Part shown: positions 1 through 11,959 of the stretch, in pieces
How positions within the stretch are numbered: the first letter of the stretch is position 1
How the letters are laid out: each line of letters opens with the position of its first letter
From: Nymphaea colorata
Lineage: Eukaryota
Direction: 5' to 3'
NCBI RefSeq assembly: GCF_008831285.2
Contig: NC_045138.2
Location: 29,264,001 to 29,328,000, forward strand
Length of the DNA stretch: 64,000 nucleotides
Notes under the pieces: generated by a model
The model's input: only the letters and a program-made list of their open reading frames with translations
Database searches by the model: none
What the model was told of the DNA's origin: nothing
Position numbers and translations under genes: made by a program

Positions 1-419
1 CAACTAAAATTTAACATCCAACTAAGAAATTGAATCGGATCTGTAAGATTTAAAAAACAAATCTGATTGGATTTAGTTTCATATTTCGTTTCAAACAGAT
101 ACCCAATTAGACTGGGGCTCAGGTTATGACTAAAATTCAGTTTTAAATAAACGCCCATATAAAATATCAGTACATTCTGGAAGTCAGTTCTTAACATATT
201 ACAATAGGACGCAGATTTAATTGTGCATTTAAAAGTCATATTCGGACTTAGATGTGAAAATAAAACCTGAATTCTGATTATGAACTGATCAAAATTTAGG
301 TCCGAACATAACATAGACCTTTTTTTCATTTGTATTTGAATCTGAATATGTGAACATCTGGTAATTCAGATATGGCAAAAAGGTACATCCAATTCAAATC
401 TAAGTAATTAACATCACTA
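1..419. mobile_element. Partial degenerate non-autonomous DNA transposon (hAT-like MITE), same family as 55698-56090, opposite orientation
   Basis: Ends in AACATCACTA (410-419), resembling the terminus AACATCCCTA of the 55.7-kb element. Shares blocks with that element's reverse complement, e.g. AATCTGAATATGTGAA and GATTT(A/G)AAAAAACA. Left end is outside the window. Confidence 0.5.
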
Positions 420-1057
420 TATACAAGAGTACTTAAGATCAAATGTGTGTGTATATATATATATACATTTAAGTTGAGATGATATGAGGCCAAAAAAATA
501 TCCTATCAAATTGGCGACGCCTACAATATACCTATACAAAATTTACTTGAAGTGATTTCATAATTGCGGAAGGATGATAGAAAAGTATTTAATACAACTA
601 AGCAGGTGGTCAGCGATTCAGAAAATGTGTACAATTCAAATTCGATCCGACAACAAAAACTAAGTGATATGAAAAATTCAAATTGGTTTTTGCTATTAGG
701 AAATTATTTTGAAGAGAAGAGTCCCGGTTGGTGCAGCTTCCATTCCCCTGATAATTTCTTGGTGATGCTTCATCAGCTTTCTTAATTATTTAATGAATTC
801 TCCTCCTTTTTCTTCTTCTTCTTCTCTGGCTCTCTCTCTCCCTTCAATGATTGCTGGAATCAGAAGGAGCCGTTCATTAATTGGAATGTCTTGTCCCCAC
901 TTGTTCATTTCATACGTACTGAAAGTGGAAAAACCAACTGCCCGTCGAGCGTTGGGAAGACGCATCCTCGTTGAAGTGGCGTTTACGCCATCAACAAAAT
1001 TCAGCACGGGCCGTGCAGACATCCAAATCCTCCCTCTCCGTGGATCGTAACATGTTC

Positions 1058-1098
<41 letters not shown>

Positions 1099-1363
1099 TG
1101 TAGAGCAAGCTAAATTATGTGTCAGTCAGTAATACTTTAACTTTAACATATATCTCATTGATCTAACCCTGTAAACATGGTTTTTTAGTTGATCTAATAG
1201 AGGAAATATGTTAATGCGAGCAGACTATTTTCATAGTTTGTTAGTGTTTTTTTTTTTCTTGGCAATACAAAAAAAAATCGAATGACCCATATATATTTTT
1301 GCCAAAGTTTGATGTTAGAAATCAAGTTATTCTGTGCAGTATTCTAATGAAAGAATGACCCAT

Positions 1364-1410
<47 letters not shown>

Positions 1411-3932
1411 CTCTGCATGTTTCGAGAGAGAGAGAGAGGCATAAGTATATAAAGCCACTTAAATTAAAGATAAAACCATACTTTCTAAAATTAATGAATT
1501 ATCAAAGCACTTTTTGAAATATAATTTTATAGTTACAATTTTAAATAGGGATTTGATAGGAAACATACATTAAGTCGTCAATCATTTTTTCTATTCCAAA
1601 TATTTCTTTTTTCATAAAAAAAATTTAAGTGCGCTTGTAAAGCTGTAATTTTAAATTAATACCTTTACAAAAAAAATGGAACTAAGCCATATTTTGCATT
1701 AACATGTTCATGCTTTGTTCAAACTAATTTTTATGATAAATGCGGTCAATTTCTTTTTTTGTAGTAGAAGTGTTTTGAGATACGACACTTGTTCTTTATC
1801 TGGCCATAGCTTGTAGACTGCTCATCAACTTGATGCATATCCTCTTTTTGTATATAAATTACCTTTGAAAGTTGGCAACTCCCTTTCGAGGTAAATGGGC
1901 ATTTGGTTGTCACCAAAAATAAAGGCAGCAGAATTTCTTACATCTTAAGATGAAAACGGAAAAAAATAAAAATAATAGGATAAATACAAATAAAACAAAA
2001 ATAAAAATTTAAAAATAAAAATAATAGGATATATACAAACAAAACAAAAATAAAAACAAAAAAACCAACTGCCTCGAAAACCTCCTACTCACAAAGCAAG
2101 GTGATTACATCGTAACAAAAATGATCATTACAAATATTAACCACCATAACATAACTGTGCAAAGTATTTGCAACGGCATGGCGCCCTGTTTGCCAAATCC
2201 ATCGCTTCCATCCATGCATCTTAGATCGAATCTCCACAGCACCACTCCCTCTAGAATGTCTGTCATAAGCTCTTTCGGAATTTTCATCTCCATGTCGTCG
2301 TCCTTATACGTTCTGCTACCAGCTTGCATTTACTAATGGGATTAATCACCTACCCACAGAAGCCCTGCACAAATTATGGCTCCATAAATGATTTCGAACG
2401 CTGGCTTTGATCCAGAGATTGATAGTTGTCCTTTTCACATTCATAACATTCCTGCTTAAGAAATATTTCACAGTAGATTATGACAGACTTCTCTCTTTGT
2501 GTGATTGACGTGTTTAGCTATTCCTTTACGCACTGCCAAGTTACGAAAGCATCAGATTCTCCATATGACAACATTGAAGCCAGCATCGACGTAGTTCTTT
2601 ACTAATTAGGAGCTTACGCCACCACCAATCCCAACCTGCAGTAAAGTAAAGTCAGTTGAGACGAAGTAAGTGAAGTTGAACCAAAATAACACAAATTGCC
2701 AAATGTGTGCAGCAAAACCACAAGTGAAAAGTTACATGGTCGTGATCAATCTGCATTTAGATGCAAGCTTAAACCCCACTTCTTTGCGCTCCTGTCTCTG
2801 TTTAATGGCTGTCGTAGCTGCAGATGAATGCAAACCAACAGGCTCTATCTAGGCAGGCTTTTTGAAGACCAAAGTCTGCTCCTCCACTTTACTTCTATCC
2901 CTTTCGCTCTCACAAACTCCCAGATCTGTTTTCTACTTAGAATAGGTTTGAGGTTGTTCTTTCAACAGAGAACATCCATGCCTTGAACTAAACAAGTGCC
3001 AAAGCTGTCAAGAATATGTGAAATGTGCTTCCTTCTCCCCTATTTCTGCAGCCATTATCAAGAAAAAACAAAAATCACAGGGCTTAGTTTGAATCAGTGT
3101 CATAAGTGTCGCGATTAAAATCTCACAATATTTATGAGAAAATCAAGTAAAACGAAAAAACCAATAAACAATTGCAAGGTTTTGAAATGTTTGTCAAAAA
3201 TGGAAAAGTCACAAACTTATCGTAATTTTTTTCTATTTTTTACTCAAGATTTTAAAATTTTTATTTTTTTTAATTTAAGGTCTTTTATTATTTTTAGTTT
3301 TTTTTATTTATAAAAATTATCGAGATTTTTTCAAAAAAAAATTAACTGAAAAATACCCAAAAAAACCTCGTCGACATTTTTTAGATAACGATAATATTTG
3401 TGACAAGGGTTTCATCTCTCGAAAGACTGAATCTCCAACCACGCTCTTGGCCGGATTTTTCTCCTTTCTTTTTTCTTTCCTTTTAGTCTTTCAAATTTCT
3501 CTTGTTCCACATTGATTGCGAACTTCCCTTTCTAAGAGAAACACTCGTCACAACAATAAACTATTAGAAAGGAAAATGTCAACAAGGTATTATACCCTTC
3601 GATGCACTCAACGTGCTGAGTCAATGCCTGGTTCGTTGAATTTTCCTTTTTATATTTATAATGGCAGCGCCTAAGGAGAGGGCCCTTCAGGATGATTCCT
3701 TGACTCTGTTGTAATTGTTGAGTCGCCCGAGAGTTTTAGAACTTCAAACTCCGGCGGGTAATGGTGTTTCCGGTTCACCTCTGTCAGATCAGAGACTTTT
3801 TAAGATATTTGAGGCTGGGGTTGACAAGAGGAGACGAACTGTTCATTCGAATGATTCCTTCTGCTTTTTTATTTTCACAATGCTCTGACGTATCAGAGAT
3901 CTGAACAGGGGAGACGCATTTGCCGGCAGATC

Positions 3933-4688
3933 ATGGGGGACTTGCAGCCCACCTTAGCACTGGTTGCCTCCTACATCATCTTGTCCTTCTCCTTCTTCTT
4001 CATCTTCGTTGTTGTTTACGTCGTCTGCTGCAGATACGTTCGGCGAAACAGGAATTCCGATGCTTCCGATCGCTTGCCGAGCTTCGGGATGCCGGCGAGG
4101 TCCTCCGGAATCGACAAGAGGATCATAGCGTCGCTGCCCCTGTTCCGGTTCTCGTCCTTGAGAAGCTCGAGGGTGGGCCTCGTTTGCGCGATATGCCTTT
4201 CGAAGTTCGAAGAGACCGATATACTTCACCTTCTTCCGAAGTGTCGCCATGGCTTCCACATATCTTGTGTAGATGCATGGCTGGAGATGCATTCTAGCTG
4301 CCCGCTCTGCCGGCAAAGAGTCGAAACTGACGACATCTCGTCGTTCGTGCCGCTTTCTGTGTTAGTAGGTTCTAGCAACAGCATTGAGTTTTCTGACCGT
4401 GATGAATCGGCTGAGATTAACGAACAGGCATCGCCGTCGCCGGCGCCGGGTCCCCAGATGGGGAGCAACCGTTCGGCGAAGAAAGAAGATGAAGATGGTG
4501 GTGGAAGATCATCGCAGAGCAGTGAACATAGGATTGTGATTAACGAAGTGGATGAAAAGTACTCAAGGCACAATGATGTTGGTGGCTTAGATCTTACGTT
4601 CTTGAACTCCCAAATGATTAACTCCATCGCAGAGCAGCGATTTGCTGCTAGAGAAAGCTGCAGTAAGCAGGGTCCAATCATGGTGTAA
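3933..4688 (+). CDS. ATL-family RING-H2 E3 ubiquitin ligase (ATL12/ATL42-like), intronless, 251 aa
   Basis: N-terminal hydrophobic TM helix, basic patch, GLD-type motif (SGIDKRIIASLP), complete RING-H2 CAICLSKF...LLPKCRHGFHISCVDAWLEMHSSCPLCR, and downstream EHRIVI and DLTFLNSQM segments. Confidence 0.92.
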   Translation: MGDLQPTLALVASYIILSFSFFFIFVVVYVVCCRYVRRNRNSDASDRLPSFGMPARSSGIDKRIIASLPLFRFSSLRSSRVGLVCAICLSKFEETDILHLLPKCRHGFHISCVDAWLEMHSSCPLCRQRVETDDISSFVPLSVLVGSSNSIEFSDRDESAEINEQASPSPAPGPQMGSNRSAKKEDEDGGGRSSQSSEHRIVINEVDEKYSRHNDVGGLDLTFLNSQMINSIAEQRFAARESCSKQGPIMV

Positions 4689-5789
4689 ATACGACTGCCG
4701 AAGCAGCAACGATTGAAAACACGGAATGCTTTTCGTTTCTTTTGCCAGACTCCCTCTCTCTCTAAAATTTGAGAAGATTTGAAGGTGACATACTCTGAAA
4801 TTGAACTGCTAACATTCAGATACTCCAAAAACTGAGAAATATTATGTACAGTGTTGCTTGTCACTAGAATTCAAGATGTGAGGACAGCCTATTCTTTGAT
4901 TGTAATTAGTCTCAGTTTATGTGGTTTTTGTTGCCCAAAAGACCAAGGTTCAGTTGTTGCGAAATTTGTTTCATCTGTTATTCCTCTGTTGGGAACATGC
5001 ATAAATTCTGACCAATCATCAAGATTCAAGCTAAAACTGTAAGGAAATCAGATTTTATTGTCAAAAGAATATAAACAACAGTTACTTTGGTAATAAGACA
5101 GGGTTTTCAACATGGTTTTAGCAACATCAAAAATGGGTTATTTAATATTTTCCACGCTCTGGTCATTTATTCCTTGTTCATCAATATATATGCATTGAAA
5201 ATAAATGAAACATGGGGTTCACTGATTATCCCCTTAAAACAAACAGGAAAAAAAATCAATTCTCCATGATCTAGATCTGTTGAAGGCGGCTCTGCGGTCA
5301 TACTTCTTTAATATCTAACTTCTATGAAAAATCTTGGCTATGAGTAGGGCCTGAGGGGCACTGAAAGCTTTGGTTGTGTTCTGTGGGCAAGTGATAAACT
5401 CTTTCATTTGGTTGTACAAACTTTCTTTTATTTCTTTCTAGCAGAAGCCCTGAACTGAGGTCAAGTTGCCACCTGGTGGGTAGTCCATAAATTTTCGCCT
5501 AGATGAGCTTGTCAAAAGTTTGGGCCACTTAATCGACCTTGTATTTCGGATGAGCGAGAGGTTTACAATCCACCACTCGAAAAAGATCTCTCAGACCTAT
5601 ACTCGTGGGAGTAGACCGACTAATGGCGCTAGCTGACTAGAGTTCCTTGGCAAACCCATAAAGTCATCTAAGTGCCCAACATAGACCTTAGTTTGCAGAG
5701 AAACTGTTAAAAGCTGTTCAAACTGAACAGTAGACTCGGACTTATATACCTTTCTTATCTATTTGACAAGCCATATTTGTCTCTTCAAA

Positions 5790-5872
5790 TTCGGGTTAAA
5801 TTACCTCCACATCGAGTATTGAACTCATGACCTCCTTTTAAGTCGAAGTCGGAATCGCTAAGCCAACCATTT
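5790..5872 (-). mobile_element. Possible degenerate tRNA-derived SINE head
   Basis: Minus strand shows an A-box-like TGGCTTAGCGATT and a B-box-like GAGTTCAATACTC (plus 5814-5826) at tRNA-like spacing. No cloverleaf or TSD confirmed. Confidence 0.25.
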
Positions 5873-6050
5873 AGGTACGCGTATGAGGAAGCAACCAGAC
5901 AAGGTATTTCATATTTTCTTTTTATTTTAATTTTTTATTGACAGGTCGAGGTTAGGTGGGCTCCCACCAGATTCTGCCAAGCGAAGCCGGCCTTCTGAAT
6001 AAATGCTTTTAAAATGACCATTTAAAGTCTTAATTTGAACACGCTAAGCT

Positions 6051-6069
6051 AAGTTGGTGGTTGCTTGTG

Positions 6070-6126
<57 letters not shown>

Positions 6127-6182
6127 TTGGTGGTTGCTTGTGGAATATATATATATATATATATAATATATATATATATATA
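6051..6182. repeat. Tandem duplication of AAGTTGGTGGTTGCTTGTGGAA followed by (TA)n
   Basis: Two identical 22-mers (starting ~6051 and ~6124), each followed by an AT-dinucleotide tract. Confidence 0.85.
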
Positions 6183-8884
6183 AAAGAAAAAAGGGCACAG
6201 ATGTGATGGATCGGGCAATCCGTCGTTGCCTAACAAGAAACAAGATGATCCTAGTTAGCTTAATTGATTATCGATCGGCCCACCACCCACCAGCTACATA
6301 TTGAGAATCATCCCTATCCAATCGCTAAGAAGCACATAATTAATCTCATCAAGTTGGCTGACTTCAGTTCACGTCATCGTTTGATCAGCAAGTTAGCTCA
6401 TGCTAAAAGTTGTCTAAAGTCTGAACTATATATAGATATAAGTAGGCAAGTTGGTAAAAACCAAGTGACAAATTAAAATCATACCTATTAAAATTAATTA
6501 TTGAAATATTTTTTGTACAATCTAACCTTATAGATATGATCATAAGAGTGATTTGATGAAACATGTATATTACTTAAATAATGTTGTTTTCATAGTAAAA
6601 TGAGTGGCTCTTATACCATCAAAATTTTGATAGTATAAAATCAATTATTTTCACATAAATGACTTGAACTAGAGCACAGTTTATATTAAATTAGTGTTTA
6701 TGAACACATTAGAAGGTTCACATTTTGTTTAAAATATTTTTTAATAAGAATCTAAGATGTCTGGTTTTTATCTCTTACCCAAGTGGTCTGGTGTGTGTGT
6801 GTGTATATATATAATCTGAGAGTCGTTTGCAAATTAATCAACCCGATTCTCCAGTAGATTCAAGGGTAACCGTGATATATACTACTCTTCTTCTAATGTT
6901 TTCAAATATTTTTAAAGTTTTAGTTATGTTTTATGACTTTCCTTTTAATTTATTTTCCAAATTTTTTTTTATGATAATCAAGCCATTAAAGTAAAAATAA
7001 ACGTGTTCAACTGCTAAATCGGCAGAAATTCAAATTTTTGATTTTAATAACACAGGCAGCTTCACCAGTGTGAGTTTATCCAGTATTGCAAATAATGATG
7101 CAAGGGCTGAGTCAAATGATTGTCATATTGGGCCTTAATTTTTATAACTGAATTAACTTACTTTGGAAACATGTGCTGCTTATATATACAAACATTTCAA
7201 AAGTGCTTTGTATATATGGAGAAATTTGGGAACTATATTGCCCTCTATGATTGAATACTGTGAGGGAATAGAAAAGATTTTGTAATGATCTAACTTTGGA
7301 TTCCTAAAAGCTGCTGGTGTGCTTATATATGTAGCTAGTTTGGATAAGCTTCCAACTCAGGATGTATCTCAAAGATTTGGTTTTTCCTGGTTTCTATGTG
7401 GGAAGGCAACTGAAGACCAGCAATGCAATCTTTTTTAGTGCTCAAATATCGATTGGTATTTGTAGTAGTGGTTTCCTGGTTTGGAATTTCAAGAACTCAT
7501 TTTGTTGATTTTTCTGCGTAGTTTCAATGGTGGGTTAGAAAATGTTTTCCTGCAAGGAACTTCGGATATGCTGATTGCTTTAACATAAGAATCTGGAAAT
7601 TATGGATGTTTCGCAATTCAGCAATCCATAAAGGGGTAGTAAAATCAATTAAAAATGCCAAGAGATCTAGCAAATATGCACTGAGATAATTTTGAAGCAG
7701 AACTAGACATGCCTGCAGGTGTTCACAGCTGTAAGGTATGTGGCCTGCTACAAAATTGTTCAGTCCCGTTTTGGTAGGTCAAGGCATCGTTTGGATTTGT
7801 TATTGAGATTGCTTCTTCGTTAATGAAGATTTTTTTTTTTTTCTTTTAAATGTGCTGCTATTCTCAGCTGGGAGGAAGGAATGATAAAACCAACATGGGT
7901 ATCTTTACTTCGAAGTATGTCTTCAGTTCTATTCTCATGGGTATTACTCCCTCTACCCCACGGCATCAGGTTGAAGGTGCACTGACTCTATCTCAGGCAC
8001 CTAGACTCAGGAGGCATTGGAGGAGGAGGGGCATGCTTCAACCCCCGGTTGAAAAAAAAGTTCTGAGACATTAGTGTTGGATGATATACACAGATCAAAT
8101 GATTAAAGTTAGGCATATTTTGGCAGATAAAAGAGATGACTTTTATCTTTTCTGCAAGGTCATATTATTAGATGGTGTAGAGGTGTAATGTTTATCTGTG
8201 ATGTTGATATGTCGGATAATATTATAGCTAAACCTATTGTTAGAGAATGTGGGCATTGCTGTAGTGTCAACTGTTATGAGGTAATGTTGTCTATATTTGC
8301 TTGTTTTTTTTTATTGAGGATATCTTCTAGTGCACTGCTTCTTCTTTCATTCTTCCATTCTTGTTTTCTTTCTCGTCAACGAGCAACTGGAAGTAGGCTT
8401 GCAAGGCCCTCTTTTGGCCTCACGCACAGCTGAGGAAAGGATATGCATTAGATATCAAGATTACGGCTCTTCGCACAACCAAGTTCCACAGTTATTAGTC
8501 TTAATTGCCATCTCATGGACTCTTTCCTGAATTGAAGCATACCAATCTTTAACAAGGGTACTCTCCTGGACTTGAGCCGTGTGGAAGGATTAATGAAGCT
8601 TAACCATTAAATATCGCTTTTTCTATCCCAAAGAGTGTGTGGACAGGATGAACTTCGGAAGTTTAGACAAGAATTACTGGTTCTTCATCCTTCTTGATCA
8701 TTTATTGCATGGCATAAATATAAATCTTTCTGGTCTTCTATATGTCATTGACATATTAATGGCCATACACCCTCCACCAAGTAAAGACAATCTGAGAAGA
8801 AAACCATCAACATTGCATACCATCAAACTAGTCCACGGTAAGGTTGCAGGTTTTAGGATAAGAAGGACCTACAAAATGATATGA

Positions 8885-9508
8885 AGGGATACCGAACTCA
8901 GAGCACGAGGATTACATCTCCCCCTGGCTTACCTTGCTTTCTACGTCCTCTGGTCCTTGGCGGTCATCTTCCTCTTCTTGCTGGTCTGTTGCAGATTGAA
9001 TGGTATAATAAACAGCAGCCAAGATCCGGCTGCTCGGCCGGAGAGATCATCGGGTGTCGACAACAAACTTATTGCTTCTCTGCCCTTATGCACTTTCTCG
9101 TTGTTGAGGGGATCGAGCTTAGGCCTCGATTGCTCCATTTGTCTTGCGAAATTTGCAGATATGGATGTTCTTCATGTTCTGCCCAAGTGCAGGCATGCTT
9201 TCCATGTAACTTGTATAGATGCATGGCTTGAGAAGCAATCGAGCTGCCCATTATGCCGCGAAAAGGTCGAAGAAGAAGACATCTCCAACTTTGCATCGTC
9301 TTCCACCATAATTTGTTCTAGCAATATGCAAGGTTCTGTGGAAGAAACGAACACAAAAGTGGCCCTTCATGGAGAGGTCGAGATAACTAGTGATCATCCA
9401 CCAGTGACACCAAATGCTGAGCATAGTTGCTCCAAGAAGAAGGATGATGAAGATGGTGCAAGATCGGTTGAAAGAGTTGAACATGTTATCACCATTCAGG
9501 CGCAGTAA
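8885..9508 (+). pseudogene. ATL RING-H2 paralogue 2; TM-GLD-RING intact but no in-frame ATG (probable pseudogene, or non-AUG start)
   Basis: Frame is open from 8885: ...LAYLAFYVLWSLAVIFLFLLVCCR...SGVDNKLIASLP...CSICLAKF...CRHAFHVTCIDAW...CPLCR. The in-frame ATG at 8876 is followed by TGA at 8882. The position matching copy 1's ATG reads ACG (8905) and is out of frame. The next in-frame ATG lies inside the RING. Confidence 0.7.
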
Positions 9509-11312
9509 GCAAGCCTCTTCAATAAGAATTGTGTCAAAGGGGACTCCCAAACATCCGATAGAGAAGATGAAGACATGTTGTGAAGAAAATAAAGATATTT
9601 TCTGTGGAACTTCTGACTTGTGATTGTTTGACATATGTAGATGACGAAGGGGTTGGAATTTGACATGGCCGTTAACCGAATGGTATATGGAACTTTTTCT
9701 TTTTTAAAGGAGTTGGTAACAGAATGATTCGTTTCAGGAGTCATATAAATTAAACAATTTATGATTTGATTTGTTTGCGCGCTCTTGAGGAGCAAGATAA
9801 TAGTTTTCTTCGGCGTATAAAAAAAAAAAATTGTTGTTTGATCTCATCTCACATGCCTTGTAGTAACAGCCAGAATGGCAGTTTTTTTCTCATATTTCCA
9901 AAATATCCCGTTCAGCTGCACCCTTTGTTCGAATTGGATTTAATCAAGTCTCATGTATTGGGGTTCAGATTCATACTCGGACTCAGATTCTAGTTTTCAG
10001 AACTGAACTCATATCCTAAAACCTTAAGATCCCAAGTTTATGCATTTATATAGAACCAGACATATCCCTATGCGGGATCTGCGTCCATTAATATCAGACG
10101 TGGGTTTAGATTTAGGTCGAGTCATGAAACTGCAAACTGAATTCATGTGTGACTAGTAACCTGATTCAAATTTCTTTTCTCAGTCTGACTAAATGAGCTC
10201 GTAGTCGGATGGGTGATTGGACACATATACCTCGCCCTTTTATGTTCCTACGTCCAAGTAATGTCACTATGTAGCCTGAGGCACGAACCACCTCACCCTC
10301 TATCGCTTCAACGCGAAGCCCCATCTAAATACGAAGGAGAACAAGTAGGCCTACCTTTCTATCTGCTCTTTCTTTTATTCAACATACTAAATATTTGGGC
10401 CTATTTGGAGTACATGGGGGGTTTGAGTCTTATGGTGGGACTCAAACATTTGTCTCTACAATATCTTGAACCTGCAATCTGCAAGATACAAAGCATGTTC
10501 TCCAATGTGAACTACATGATTCAATTGGGTGAGTAGGAGAAGTATTTCATCTTACTATACTTTGTAACGGGTGGACCTCATCTTACCATTACCATACCAT
10601 GACCATGTAACAGGAGGACCAAATTTCTCAACTTTTTGCTATTCCCCTCAAAATACAAAAAGCAATGTGACATCTCTTGTTATGCTTTAACTTATCTCTC
10701 ATTTTGTAGCACAAGAAGTTGGTACACTGAGAAATTGAAATAAAGACGGACCTCCTATTAGCCCCTATCCATTGCACTAACCCGGACTGGATGAAATGTT
10801 TGACTAAGACTATAAGAATTTGACACTCGTAAAGTATGTCTTTCAGCTGCCATAAGAAAGTAGGCAACTGCTGGCTATGGAGAGTTTTGCTCCTAGGAGG
10901 GGAAGCTTGTTATGGACTTATGTGGATCGACTCTAACCGTCGTGATTGGTCAGTTATTCTAAAAATCCTGATCGTTTGCGCAGATTCTGATTTTCTATGT
11001 TCTTGAATTATCGAATTGATTATTGGTATATCTCAAAGGGCTTATGTCAGCGATGATCTTGGGAAAGTTTGACAATAGTTAGTATTGGTTCTTGATGTCC
11101 CTTGACTATCTTTAATGACATAGACAATCAATTTCCAGCCTTCGTGCTTCGTTGACATATATTTTGGTACATTCTCTCCCTTTAAGTAATCATAATCCAA
11201 GTAAGGAGAACCACTAGAAAGAGTAACTTATCAAGCCAAATCTACAGGTATATATTCAGGTCAATGCTAAGCTGGAACTTGCTTGAATAATATAAATGCC
11301 TAAAAAATGCGG

Positions 11313-11959
11313 ATGATGGAGGACTTTAGATTAGTTCATAACAATTTCCTCTCTCGTTTGCTTTGCTTTTGCTTCCCGGCTCCCTCCTGGCTGACATTGC
11401 CTTCTTCATCCTCTGGATTTTAGTTGTCATTGCGCTCTGCTTGTTGATTTGCTGCAGATACCATGGCGTAACCAATAATTCCGGCAACCAAGATCGGAAT
11501 GCTCTGCCGGAGAGATCGGCGGGGATCGGTCGGGAAGTTATTGCTTCCCTTCCTTTGTACACGTTTTCATTGCATGGGCGCTCAAGGTTAGGCCTTGAGT
11601 GCTCCATTTGCCTCTCAAAGTTTGAAGACATGGATGCACTTCACGTGCTGCCCAGATGTAATCATGCTTTCCATGTATGCTGCATAGATGCATGGCTTGA
11701 GAAGCATTTAAGCTGTCCGTTGTGCCGCCAACCAGTCGAAGCAGACGACGTATTCAACTTCAATATTTCAGTTGCTAGCCAATTAATTTGCTCCGAAAAT
11801 ATGCAGGAATTGAATGAAGGGATCGGCACAAAGGTCTGCGGCCATGGAAACGCTGGGAGCAGTGATCCAGGATCATCCATGCCAGATCTCTAACGCAGCA
11901 GCTCTTATGAAGATGCAGCACCAAAGGCCACTAAACATGCCATCGCAATCCAGGTGTAG
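11313..11959 (+). pseudogene. ATL RING-H2 paralogue 3; frameshifted start and premature stop
   Basis: TM-GLD-RING frame is 11342-11893 with an upstream in-frame TAA at 11339. ATGs at 11313/11316 (MMEDF, compare MGDL of copy 1) are out of frame. After TAA at 11891 the frame continues RSSSYEDAAPKATKHAIAIQV*, matching copy 2's ...EHVITIQAQ*. Confidence 0.7.

Noticed and set aside
786..1050. Overlapping short ORFs and a weak CTTCAATGA/TCGTTGAAG pairing suggestive of a miR159/319-like precursor
   Set aside because: No recognisable protein, only ~9 bp of pairing, and no mature miR159/319 sequence.
2105..2336. 74/71-aa ORFs and a weak minus-strand hairpin with vague miR164 resemblance
   Set aside because: No domain match by eye; pairing is short and interrupted; too many mismatches to miR164.
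4689..4835. Possible remnant of a longer ATL42-type C-terminus (TYSEI) in frame after the copy 1 stop
   Set aside because: Similarity is limited to a few residues and there is another in-frame stop before it.
4226..4864. Long antisense or alternate-frame ORFs over real genes (also 9251-9634, 14182-14549, 36971-37369)
   Set aside because: Shadow ORFs of coding sequence with no independent domain signal.
6030..6243. ORFs rich in YI repeats (also 30183-30485 and 43488-43802)
   Set aside because: Translation artefacts of (TA)n and other dinucleotide microsatellites.
7056..7066. Reverse complement TGAAGCTGCC matches the first 10 nt of miR167
   Set aside because: The rest of the mature sequence and any star arm are absent.
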